DNA of 32,000 nucleotides from Nitratidesulfovibrio vulgaris str. Hildenborough (GTDB lineage Bacteria; Desulfobacterota; Desulfovibrionia; Desulfovibrionales; Desulfovibrionaceae): NCBI RefSeq assembly GCF_000195755.1, contig NC_002937.3, positions 2,490,001 to 2,522,000 of the forward strand, read 5' to 3'. Shown piece by piece: positions 23,815 to 32,000 of this stretch (position 1 is its first letter; each line of letters starts with the position of its first letter). The notes under the pieces were generated by a model. It saw only the letters and a program-made list of their open reading frames with translations, ran no database searches and was not told where the DNA came from. The position numbers and the translations under genes were made by a program.

Positions 23815-24531
23815 ATGCCTTGCAACGTCACGCGTCGTTCCTTCATGGGCCTGTGCGCCGCAGCCGCCGTCGTCACGCTTGGAGTACCCTTCTTCGGGGC
23901 ACGAGTCGCACACGCCGCAGGTGAGGCTGAAGCCTTTCCCATGCCGCCCCTGCCCTATCCCGACACGGCCCTCGAACCGGCCATAAGCGCCCGTACCATT
24001 TCGTTCCATTACGGCAAGCATACGGCGGCCTACTACGCCAACCTCAACAAGGCCGTGGCGGGCACTCCGATGGCGACCATGAGACTCGAAGACGTGGTGA
24101 AGTCGGTGGCGGGCGACCCTGCCAAGGCGGGTCTGTTCAACAACGCCGCGCAATCGTGGAACCACACCTTCTACTGGGCAGGCATGAAACCGGGAGGCGG
24201 AGGGACACCCCCCGCCAAGGTGGCAGATGCCCTGAAGGCATCGTTCGGTTCTGTGGAAGCCTGTATGGAGCAGCTGTCTGAAGCGGCGAAAACCCAGTTC
24301 GCCAGCGGATGGGCATGGTTGGCCAAGGGAACCGAGAACGGCAAGCCGGTGCTCAAGGTCATGAAGACGGGCAATGCAGACAACCCGATGACGCAGGGCC
24401 TCACCCCCGTGCTGACCATCGACGTATGGGAGCACGCCTACTATCTCGACTACCAGAACAAGCGCCCCGACTACGTGAAGGCGTTCTTCGAGAAACTCGT
24501 GAACTGGGACGAGGTGGCAACACGCCTCTAG
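23815..24531 (+). CDS. sodB: Fe superoxide dismutase with a twin-arginine signal peptide (periplasmic)
   Basis: GGAAAGGAGAA Shine-Dalgarno before ATG-23815. Tat motif TRRSFMGL...AHA, then canonical Fe/Mn-SOD sequence (LPYPDTALEP.IS..T..FHYGKH, DVWEHAYYLDYQN.R). Confidence 0.95.
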   Translation: MPCNVTRRSFMGLCAAAAVVTLGVPFFGARVAHAAGEAEAFPMPPLPYPDTALEPAISARTISFHYGKHTAAYYANLNKAVAGTPMATMRLEDVVKSVAGDPAKAGLFNNAAQSWNHTFYWAGMKPGGGGTPPAKVADALKASFGSVEACMEQLSEAAKTQFASGWAWLAKGTENGKPVLKVMKTGNADNPMTQGLTPVLTIDVWEHAYYLDYQNKRPDYVKAFFEKLVNWDEVATRL

Positions 24532-24714
24532 ACTCGGCCTTCCGGCGAGGGGCGCGCATCCCCCGATGTCCGCCCTCATCGCGCCCATCGACATGTGAAG
24601 ACGGCCGACAGCCCCTGTTCGAAGTCGCGCTTCGGCCCGCACATAGCCTTCACACTCCCGGCCTTTGCTGGTATGTGCAGGCGACGCGCCATCGCGCGAA
24701 TCACAGGAGGACCG

Positions 24715-25131
24715 ATGAAACGCATGCTCCTTACGGCGGCCATCATTCTTGCAGCCGCCACCTCCGCACAGGCAGACGACAAGTTCGGCACCATGGATAC
24801 AGACGGAAACGGCGTAGTAAGCTGGGAGGAATTCCAGAAGGCCTATCCGCAGATGCGCAAACCCGCCTTTGACGCCGTGGACACGGACGGCGACGGTTCC
24901 ATGACCCACGACGAGTGGCACGGCTTCAGGTCACGCCACGGCGAAGGGGGCAAAGGCATGGGAGGCAAGTCCATGGAAGGCATGATGCAGGGAATGCCCC
25001 CCGGCAACATGCCGCCATCCGGCATGCCGCCTTCGGGAATGCCCTTGGTGATGCCCCCCAAGGCCGGAGAGAAGACCGGTGACACCCCCTCTCCCCAGAC
25101 CATGCCGATGGTCGCCCCCCCGAAGAAGTAG
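24715..25131 (+). CDS. Secreted EF-hand calcium-binding protein with a Met/Pro/Gly-rich C-terminal tail
   Basis: AGGAGG Shine-Dalgarno. Signal peptide MKRMLLTAAIILAAATSAQA. Two EF-hand loops (DTDGNGVVSWEE, DTDGDGSMTHDE). The tail reads GMGGKSMEGMMQGMPPGNMPPSGMPPSGMPLVMPP. Confidence 0.8.
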   Translation: MKRMLLTAAIILAAATSAQADDKFGTMDTDGNGVVSWEEFQKAYPQMRKPAFDAVDTDGDGSMTHDEWHGFRSRHGEGGKGMGGKSMEGMMQGMPPGNMPPSGMPPSGMPLVMPPKAGEKTGDTPSPQTMPMVAPPKK

Positions 25132-25163
25132 TAACCAGCCCCGCACCGGCAACCGCATCAGTC

Positions 25164-25205
25164 AACACGAGAAGGGGACACCGTACGGTGTCCCCTTCTC
25201 GTGTT
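25164..25205 (+). terminator. Long perfect hairpin after the EF-hand gene
   Basis: AACACGAGAAGGGGACACC-GTAC-GGTGTCCCCTTCTCGTGTT is a 19-bp perfect stem, 33 nt after the stop. There is no strong T-tract. It lies between convergent genes. Confidence 0.65.
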
Positions 25206-25472
25206 CGTCATGAACCACGTCGCAGGCGTGTGCCGCCTGCACCGGTTCTCTGGAAAGACATGAAAAACGAGGCGGTACGGAACAAAACAGGACTCCGGTC
25301 GGGCCTGTCTCCTGATGTCTCCTCGTCCGTACACGCGCACGCGCAGGGATGCCGCCACAGCCTGCCTCAGGTTCCCCCTGCCCGCACCGGACACACACTG
25401 GCGGACCAGACGGAAGGTCGGTGGCAGCGCGGCATCTCGACTATCGTCAGTCAGCCGCGTGGCTGACGGCTT

Positions 25473-28400
25473 TCAGTCCTCGGATAGTGCGGGGACGAGT
25501 TTGCGCAGGTCGTGCTCAAGCTGGTTGAGGGCATCGGCGAGAAGCATGAAGACCGGGCGCGCGTCTTCGGTCGCCCCGATGCGAACCCTGTCCTCGAGCC
25601 GTTCAGCCAGCACCTGCAGGCGCAAGGCGCCGATTCCCTCGGCCTCATGACGCAGAAGATGCGCCAGCGAGGCAAGTTCGACGCGGCTTCCCCTGTCCAT
25701 GGCCGACCACAGGCTCTCACGCAGACTGGGAACCTGCCGCACGAACCGCATCTGGGCATCGGGGGCGGTCAGCAGCAATGCCCCCGGCTGCAACAGGGGG
25801 ACGTCTTCCGGCAATGCCACACGCTCGGATGCAGGCTGCCCGGCATCGGCACCTGCAAGATGCTCGACGGCTTCACACAGGGCTCGCCCCTTGACAGGCC
25901 GTGACAGCAACGCATGGGGAGCGGCCAGAGGTTCCACCGATTCGGGCAGGAACGTATCGCCATCGCAGATGAACACCAGGGGCAAGGCCGCCCTGTTCGC
26001 GCCATATCCCCCCTGACGGAGGGACTCGCAAAAAGCCCACGCACCGGGAGTCGCCTCGACCACGACAGCATCATGGCGTTCTGCCACCAGCACTTCAGCG
26101 GCCTCTGACAATGCCGACAGGGCCGTCACTGCATGCCCGCGTCTGCCGAGGCTCTTGACCATGGCCCTGCGGCACAGGGGGTCCGACTCGACGACGAGAA
26201 TCCGCAAGGGTGCCGCCTCTAGCCGTCTGTCACCCGCCCCGCGCCCTTCCGGGCGTCTTCCGGTACCAGAAGGGGCATCAGGAGTGGCAACGCAAGCGAC
26301 CTCGCAGATGCCATCCCGCGCCGCACCCTCTGAAGCGAAAGGCACATCACACCAGAATTCGCTGCCCTTGCCCGGTTCGCTTCGCAGTTCAAGCCTGCCG
26401 CCCATCATCTCCACCAGCCTGCGAGAGATGGCGAGCCCCAGCCCTGTTCCTCCGAAGCGACGCGCCGTGCTTTCATCGGCCTGCACGAACGATTCGAAGA
26501 TGCACGCCTGCCTGTCCGGCGGGATGCCGATGCCCGTGTCCGTCACCGTGAACCGCAATCCGCGCACACCGCCATTGCCCCCCTTGAGGATACCCCCCCC
26601 TGTGTCGGTGGAACAGATGCAAGGGGTGACCGTGAGGCTCACGCCCCCTTCGTCGGTGAACTTCAGCGCGTTGCCCACAAGGTTGAGCAGCACCTGACGA
26701 AGCCTTGCCGGGTCGCCGGTCACCGTGGGGGGCACATCGCGGGCGATGTAGAGTTCGAAGTCGAGCCCCTTGCGGTCGGCGACATGGGTCATGAGCCGCA
26801 CAACCCCCCGCGCAAGCCGCGAGGGAGAGAACTCCACGCTCTCGAGGTGCAACCTTCCGGACTCGACCCGCGACAGGTCGAGCAGGTCGTTGACCACAGC
26901 CAGCAGCGCCTCGGCACTATGCAGCACGCCCCGCAGGTTCTCGCCCACGCCTTGGGATATGGGTTCCTGAAGGGTCAGTTCGGTGAGACCGATGATGGCA
27001 TTGAGCGGCGTGCGTATCTCATGGCTCATGTTGGCGAGAAACACGCTCTTGGCCCGACTCGCCTCTTCGGCCCGCTGGTGCGACGCGGCGAGTTCGGCCT
27101 CTGCCCTGTGGCGTTCGAGCGCGGCGCCGAGAATCTCGCTGGCGGTCTGGAGAAAGAGGATGTCGCCCCCCTGCCATGTCCTCTCCGTGCGGGTGTCGTC
27201 GAAGCCGACGAAGCCGCACCATACCCCACGGGCAAAGATGGGGAGGACAAGCAGCGAACGTATGCCCTGCGCCTGAAGCACGTCACGCTCCGGCAGCGGC
27301 TGGTCTGCGACAGGGCCCACCACGGCGCGCCCCTTGCGGAGTTCATGCAGCCAGTTGGGAGCCTCCGACGCATAGATGATGTTCTGCAGCGCCGGGTTGT
27401 CCAGTTCGGGGCGCACACCCGGCGCGCTACTCTCATAGCGCTGCGAGCAGCACAGCCGGCCTTCGGCATCCTCATAGTTCTCGAAGATATAGGCCCTGCA
27501 AGCCCCCGCTCCCTGACGCAATGCGCCCAACACCCCCACGAGGGTCGACTCGGAACATGACCGGGAGAGCAACTCGCGTGCACAGGACGACAGCACGTGC
27601 TCATAGAGGTAACGCACCTCCATGGCCCTGCGAGCCTTGCGCTTCTCCGACACGTCACGTGCCACCATGATGGCGAGGCGCGGCCCGCCCACGCGGTCGA
27701 CAAGGCGCGCGCCCACTTCCACGGGCACGAAGGTCCCATCCCGGTGCAGGTAGACCGTCTCGACGTTCTCGAGAACGGCCCCGGCGGCGATGCTGTCCAG
27801 AATCTGGCGGCAGCCGTCCGCTGCCATGCTGCGACGTATGCCGCACAGGCCAAGGCCGAGCAGTGTGTCACGGTCGTAGCCCAGCATGGTGCAGGCACCA
27901 CTGTTCACATCAAGGAAACGGCCTTCTTCGAGGTCGACGAGAAAAATGGCCTCGGCCGAGGCGTCCAGTGCGGCACGAAAGCGCAGAAGGTCCTCCTGCG
28001 CCTCACGCATGTCCGTGATGTCGACGGCGAGTTCGTAGCGCACGGGCCTGCCATCGGGCCAGTGGATGCAGCGGTCGATGCAGCGGAACCACCGTCCAAG
28101 CCGCGGGTTGCGCCACTCCCATACGACCGGGCGTTCGGGATTGCGTTGCAGTCTGCCCGACGTGCAGAACGGACATGGCGTGTCCCGCCCCTGCAGCAGT
28201 TCATAGCATTTTCTGCCCTGCCATGCGCCCACGGCCATCGTCAGCGAGCGGTTGACGAAGAGCAGTTCATGCGTCTGCATATCGCTCACATAGGCGTAGA
28301 CGAGAGGGGCGTCGGAAGCGGGTGCGATGATTTCGGGTAGCAGGCTGCCAAGGGCCTCACCGGGTGCAGGGCCCTCGAAACGCGCGCACAGGCGCAGCAA

Positions 28401-28526
28401 CCGGTTCTCATCCTCAAGGCGTGCTATGCGTTCGCGCAGGGCCTGTACCTCTGCGGAACCTGCGGCTTCATCCTTCACTTGCGGCCCCGTGCTTTCCGTG
28501 CGTTGGTCGTATGTCATCCCGGGCAT
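25473..28526 (-). CDS. Hybrid sensor histidine kinase (coiled coil, 2 PAS, GAF, HisKA, HATPase, degenerate receiver, HPt)
   Basis: H-box MSHEIRTPLNAI, N/G boxes (LLNLVGNALKFT, DTGIGI, GGTGLGLAIS), receiver-like ILVVESDP...DAVVVEATPG and HPt-like AHLLRHEAEGIGA. The start is uncertain: ATG-28526 is chosen. The track start 28580 is a GTG only 13 nt from the divergent ygiQ ATG. Confidence 0.9.
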   Translation of the reverse strand: MPGMTYDQRTESTGPQVKDEAAGSAEVQALRERIARLEDENRLLRLCARFEGPAPGEALGSLLPEIIAPASDAPLVYAYVSDMQTHELLFVNRSLTMAVGAWQGRKCYELLQGRDTPCPFCTSGRLQRNPERPVVWEWRNPRLGRWFRCIDRCIHWPDGRPVRYELAVDITDMREAQEDLLRFRAALDASAEAIFLVDLEEGRFLDVNSGACTMLGYDRDTLLGLGLCGIRRSMAADGCRQILDSIAAGAVLENVETVYLHRDGTFVPVEVGARLVDRVGGPRLAIMVARDVSEKRKARRAMEVRYLYEHVLSSCARELLSRSCSESTLVGVLGALRQGAGACRAYIFENYEDAEGRLCCSQRYESSAPGVRPELDNPALQNIIYASEAPNWLHELRKGRAVVGPVADQPLPERDVLQAQGIRSLLVLPIFARGVWCGFVGFDDTRTERTWQGGDILFLQTASEILGAALERHRAEAELAASHQRAEEASRAKSVFLANMSHEIRTPLNAIIGLTELTLQEPISQGVGENLRGVLHSAEALLAVVNDLLDLSRVESGRLHLESVEFSPSRLARGVVRLMTHVADRKGLDFELYIARDVPPTVTGDPARLRQVLLNLVGNALKFTDEGGVSLTVTPCICSTDTGGGILKGGNGGVRGLRFTVTDTGIGIPPDRQACIFESFVQADESTARRFGGTGLGLAISRRLVEMMGGRLELRSEPGKGSEFWCDVPFASEGAARDGICEVACVATPDAPSGTGRRPEGRGAGDRRLEAAPLRILVVESDPLCRRAMVKSLGRRGHAVTALSALSEAAEVLVAERHDAVVVEATPGAWAFCESLRQGGYGANRAALPLVFICDGDTFLPESVEPLAAPHALLSRPVKGRALCEAVEHLAGADAGQPASERVALPEDVPLLQPGALLLTAPDAQMRFVRQVPSLRESLWSAMDRGSRVELASLAHLLRHEAEGIGALRLQVLAERLEDRVRIGATEDARPVFMLLADALNQLEHDLRKLVPALSED

Positions 28527-28593
28527 ATTGAGCGATTCGCCCTGCGATGGCAACCTGCTTGCTTCCCACCCTTCGTACACCTATACTGAAGGG

Positions 28594-30636
28594 ATGCAGT
28601 CCGACACGCTCCGCTTTCGTACCCCCCTCGCCCAGCCCCGCTTCCTGCCCATGTCGCGTGCCGAGATGCACGCCATAGGGTGGGATGCGCTGGACGTGCT
28701 GCTCATCTCCGGCGACGCCTACGTCGACCACCCGACCTTCGCCGCCGCCCTTCTCGGACGCTGGCTGGTGGCCCACGGCTACCGCACGGGCATCGTGGCG
28801 CAGCCACGCTGGAACACGCCGGAAGATGTGCTGTGCATGGGCAGGCCCCGACTCTTCGCGGGGATTGCCGCCGGGGCCATCGATTCGATGCTGGCCCACT
28901 ACACCGCCTTCCGCAAGAAACGCCACGACGACGCCTACACCCCCGGCGGCAAGGCCGGTGCACGTCCCAACAGGGCGGTCATCGTCTATACCAACCTCCT
29001 GCGGCAGGCCTTCGCCGGACTTCCGGTCGTCATCGGGGGTATCGAAGCCTCGCTCAGGCGCGCCACACATTACGATTTCTGGACGGACTCGCTACGGCGC
29101 TCCATCCTGCTTGACGCCAAGGCCGACCTGCTCGTCTACGGCATGGGCGAATACGCCCTGCGCGAGGCGGCGGCCCGGTACGACGCGGCCATGAACGAAG
29201 GTGGGGCCGCCACGGCGGCAGAGGCCCTGCATGGCATCGGCGGTACGGCATGGGTCGGCACGGAGTCAGACATGCCCGAGGGCGCATCAATCATGCGCCT
29301 GCCCTCGCACGAGGACATCTCCGCCGATGTACGCCTGCTCATGGAGGCGACCCTCCAGCAGGAACGTCATGTCCATCGCGGCGACGCATGGGCCATCCAG
29401 CCTGTGGGGAGTCGCGCCGTGATCATGGCCCCCCCCGCCCCGCCCATGTCCTCTGAAGACCTCGACAGGTTGTACGCGCTCCCCTTCACCCGCGAGGCAC
29501 ATCCCTCATACCGCGAGACCGTGCCCGCCGCGGACATGATACGCACGAGCATCACCACCCACAGGGGATGCGGCGGCGGATGTTCGTTCTGTTCGCTGGC
29601 CCTCCATCAGGGACGACGCATCGCCTCGCGCAGCCGTGACTCTGTCCTCGCGGAGGCACGCGACCTCGCTGCCGCTGCGCGAAAGGGCGTCTCCATCAGT
29701 GATGTGGGCGGCCCCAGCGCCAACATGTGGCAGGCCCGCTGCACGCTGAACCCCGCCAAATGCCGTCGTGCCAGTTGCATGTTCCCCTCCGTCTGCAAAG
29801 GTTTTGCGGTCGACCAGCGCAAGGCAGTGCGGCTGCTTCGGGAAGTGCGCGACACGCCGGGAGTGCGCAACGTACGCGTGGCCAGCGGCGTCCGTTTCGA
29901 CCTCGCCTTGCGCGAAGGCGAGGCACTGCGCGCCTACACCATGGAATTCACCGGCGGTCAGCTCAAGGTCGCCCCGGAGCACATCTGCGACGAAGTGCTC
30001 GAATACATGCGCAAGCCGGGACTTCCGGTCTTCGAGAAGTTCCTTGAGGCCTTCGCGGCCTTCTCCGACGAGGCGGGCAAGGAACAGTATGTGGTACCGT
30101 ACCTTCTGAGCGCCTTTCCGGGCTGCACCGACGACCACATGCGCACGCTTTCACGCTGGCTTCAGGCGCGGGGCTGGTCGCCGCAGCAGGTACAGTGCTT
30201 CATCCCCACACCGGGCACGGTGGCTACCGCCATGTACGCGGCAGGCATCGACCCGGAGGGCAACCCCATCCCCGTGGCCCGCACCGACGCAGAGCGCCTG
30301 CGCCAGCACGGCATCCTCATGCCCGACACAGGACGCCCCCCCTCACGTGACGCCGACAACCGCCGCCGGGGCGATGCCAGACAGAGTGAGACTGGACGCG
30401 GCAAGGCCGGAACGCGGGACGGACGGCCGCATCGTTCCGACCGTGACACCGGAAATGCCAACAGGCATGACGGTGGACGAAGTGACAGGAGGGGCGGCAG
30501 GCGCGATGAAGACAGGCCCGACCGTGGCAGGCGCAACGGGGCGAGGCCGGATGGCGGCGCGAACAGAGGCAGGGCCGACGCCGAAGAGCGCCGGGAGGGC
30601 AGGAAGGGGGGCAGCAAGAGGCCGCCCCGCCGCTGA
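28594..30636 (+). CDS. ygiQ: YgiQ-family (UPF0313) radical SAM protein with an Arg/Gly/Asp-rich C-terminal tail
   Basis: The N-terminus FLPMSRAEMHAIGWDALDVLLISGDAYVDHPTFA is typical of YgiQ. Radical-SAM CGGGCSFC motif. Start at ATG-28594. The track extension to 28327 overlaps the divergent kinase gene. Confidence 0.9.
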   Translation: MQSDTLRFRTPLAQPRFLPMSRAEMHAIGWDALDVLLISGDAYVDHPTFAAALLGRWLVAHGYRTGIVAQPRWNTPEDVLCMGRPRLFAGIAAGAIDSMLAHYTAFRKKRHDDAYTPGGKAGARPNRAVIVYTNLLRQAFAGLPVVIGGIEASLRRATHYDFWTDSLRRSILLDAKADLLVYGMGEYALREAAARYDAAMNEGGAATAAEALHGIGGTAWVGTESDMPEGASIMRLPSHEDISADVRLLMEATLQQERHVHRGDAWAIQPVGSRAVIMAPPAPPMSSEDLDRLYALPFTREAHPSYRETVPAADMIRTSITTHRGCGGGCSFCSLALHQGRRIASRSRDSVLAEARDLAAAARKGVSISDVGGPSANMWQARCTLNPAKCRRASCMFPSVCKGFAVDQRKAVRLLREVRDTPGVRNVRVASGVRFDLALREGEALRAYTMEFTGGQLKVAPEHICDEVLEYMRKPGLPVFEKFLEAFAAFSDEAGKEQYVVPYLLSAFPGCTDDHMRTLSRWLQARGWSPQQVQCFIPTPGTVATAMYAAGIDPEGNPIPVARTDAERLRQHGILMPDTGRPPSRDADNRRRGDARQSETGRGKAGTRDGRPHRSDRDTGNANRHDGGRSDRRGGRRDEDRPDRGRRNGARPDGGANRGRADAEERREGRKGGSKRPPRR

Positions 30637-30782
30637 CGTTGAACCGCGTGGTGCGGCGCACCGCCGATGCGTCTTTTCCGTCTTCTTGCGTTGCAGAGGC
30701 AGCAGGCCTGTGCCGACCGAGTACCATCCAGCGCCCCGAGGACGCCGCAGCCGTGCGAGTGCATGCCATGCAGGCGACATGG

Positions 30783-30825
30783 TAATCCGGGCTGCGCGAT
30801 AATCCGGGCTGCGCGATAATCCGGG
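30783..30825. repeat. 17-bp tandem direct repeat, about 2.5 copies
   Basis: TAATCCGGGCTGCGCGA occurs twice exactly (30783-30799, 30800-30816), followed by TAATCCGGG (30817-30825). It lies in the convergent intergenic region, 5 nt beyond the stop of the minus-strand gene at 30831. Confidence 0.9.
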
Positions 30826-30830
30826 GCGTC

Positions 30831-32000
30831 CTAGGTATCCTGCCCGGTGTCCGGCGTCGTGGCGACGCCTGCCCCGGCGGGGTCTCCGCCATCGACAGCA
30901 GCGTGCGGGACACTTGTCTCCTTGTGCGGTCTGCGGCCGACCTCGGTCTCCGGCCCCCACGCACGTTCACGACGGCAGGCCCGAAGGGCCGCCTCGCGAA
31001 GCGGGGCCACGCCATGCCGCAGCAGGGCCGCCATCACGCTGGCCGGGCCTCCTTCCATCTCGTGGGAACCATCAGCCGCGAGGTCGGGCGTGACCGGCAG
31101 CGGCAGCGACGCCCCCAGCATATCCGTGAGGACGGTCTCGGCCACGAGCATGGCGTCCTGCCCTCCCCCCACCGATGGGCGCCCAAGCGCGGCAAGGACC
31201 ATCCCCCCGGCTTCGGGTGGCAACGCGCCCAGCACCGCCGCCACATGACGCGGGTCGCGCCGGACCAGCGCCGTGCAGACGGCGAAGGTCACCGCCAGCC
31301 CGGCCGAAGACAGCACCCGCCCCAGCGCCAACGGCGGAACACCGCCGAAGCCCGTGAACGGCGTGTGAGGACCGCCTGCCATGCCTCCAGCCTGTTCCAC
31401 CAGCGCCACGACTTCGCGCACCCTTTCCGGTGAGAAGGCACGCATCAGCAACCGCCTTGCCTCCGCTTCGCCTCCTGTCACGAGGGCTTCGACAGCCGTC
31501 ACCATGGCACCGTCCTGCCGCAGTACCGCCTCGACCTGTTCCGCGAACAGGGGTTCAAGCCCTGCCAGCGCCCTGACGAAGGCCGCCGCCGCACCGGGCG
31601 TCATGACTCCCAGCGTCTGCACAGTATGACTTTCACCAAGGGACAGGGTACGTACCACGAACCTCTCGGTGGCTGTGAACACCCGTAACGGTCCACTCCG
31701 CCGCGCCATGCGCCGGCGAACCTCTTCGGCCATCTCCGGTGCAAGCAGCGGCAGCAGACGCGTCCGGCGACGGACGGGACATGCCGCCAGCAGCACAGCC
31801 CCCAGTTGCGGGTGCGCCCTGTCGATGCGGGCGACGAGGTGTTCATCGGGCAAGGTGAGCAGGGCGTCCACCATCTGCGCCGGGCACTCGGCCTCGATGG
31901 GCACCACGTGCAACGACTCATCCTCGAACAGGGGATAGAGGGGGGCAAGCAGCCCGTCAGGGAACCACAGGTGCCAGCATGCCTCTTCGGCACCGCACAG
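30831..32000 (-). CDS. Hypothetical Ala/Leu/Arg-rich helical-repeat protein (faint FliG/MgtE-N-like pattern); 5' end outside the window
   Basis: The track ORF starts at TTG-31913, but the same frame is open with no stop all the way to position 32000. LPDEHLVARIDRAHPQLGAVLLAACPVRRRTRLLPLLAPEMAEEVRRRM resembles FliG_C/MgtE_N repeats by eye only. Confidence 0.55.
   Translation of the reverse strand: MCGAEEACWHLWFPDGLLAPLYPLFEDESLHVVPIEAECPAQMVDALLTLPDEHLVARIDRAHPQLGAVLLAACPVRRRTRLLPLLAPEMAEEVRRRMARRSGPLRVFTATERFVVRTLSLGESHTVQTLGVMTPGAAAAFVRALAGLEPLFAEQVEAVLRQDGAMVTAVEALVTGGEAEARRLLMRAFSPERVREVVALVEQAGGMAGGPHTPFTGFGGVPPLALGRVLSSAGLAVTFAVCTALVRRDPRHVAAVLGALPPEAGGMVLAALGRPSVGGGQDAMLVAETVLTDMLGASLPLPVTPDLAADGSHEMEGGPASVMAALLRHGVAPLREAALRACRRERAWGPETEVGRRPHKETSVPHAAVDGGDPAGAGVATTPDTGQDT

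Noticed and set aside
23632-24921. 429-aa minus-strand ORF spanning sodB and the EF-hand gene
   Set aside because: It is antisense to two well-supported plus-strand genes with strong RBSs and signal peptides. Its composition is Arg/Gly/His-rich.
30783-30825. Whether the 17-bp repeat is a CRISPR fragment
   Set aside because: The copies are directly adjacent with no spacers. There are only about 2.5 units, no palindromic repeat structure and no cas genes.

Overview
This is a high-GC chromosomal segment. Core-gene lines I counted are about 65% G+C. Gene content and order look like a Desulfovibrio vulgaris-type sulfate reducer, and from memory they resemble the DVU2387-DVU2410 region of strain Hildenborough. 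I cannot verify that here.

From left to right the window holds:
- the end of a peptide-type ABC ATPase and an exbB-exbD-tonB module (1-3221)
- tRNA-Asn(GTT) with its terminator (3503-3613)
- a lower-GC islet of about 3.4 kb (3579-6965), made of a 444-bp ORF-free AT-rich spacer with two perfect hairpins, a CesT/Tir-type secretion-chaperone-like gene (4058-4510), a near-consensus sigma-54 promoter (4519-4534) and a 698-aa protein with no motif I recognise (4623-6719)
- on the minus strand, a tightly coupled Fe-ADH / PAS histidine kinase / sigma-54 activator operon (10763 down to 6966)
- a TrfA-like (plasmid replication initiator family) gene and a ferritin-like di-iron gene (11252-12693)
- the hdrCBA-flxDCBA NADH dehydrogenase/heterodisulfide reductase cluster (19898 down to 12951), preceded by the major Fe-alcohol dehydrogenase gene (20126-21307), which has a sigma-54-type promoter candidate
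- an ICMT-family methyltransferase, a periplasmic solute-binding protein, a Tat-exported Fe-SOD and a secreted EF-hand/Met-Pro-rich protein
- a 1018-aa hybrid PAS/GAF histidine kinase, a YgiQ radical-SAM protein, and a 5'-truncated helical-repeat protein at the right edge

The most interesting candidate is the integrase-less tRNA-Asn islet. It may be an orphan type III secretion chaperone/effector-like pair under sigma-54 control, with no secretion apparatus in the window.

I saw no CRISPR arrays, IS elements, rRNA or integrases. The many long antisense ORFs in the track are GC-rich shadow ORFs.
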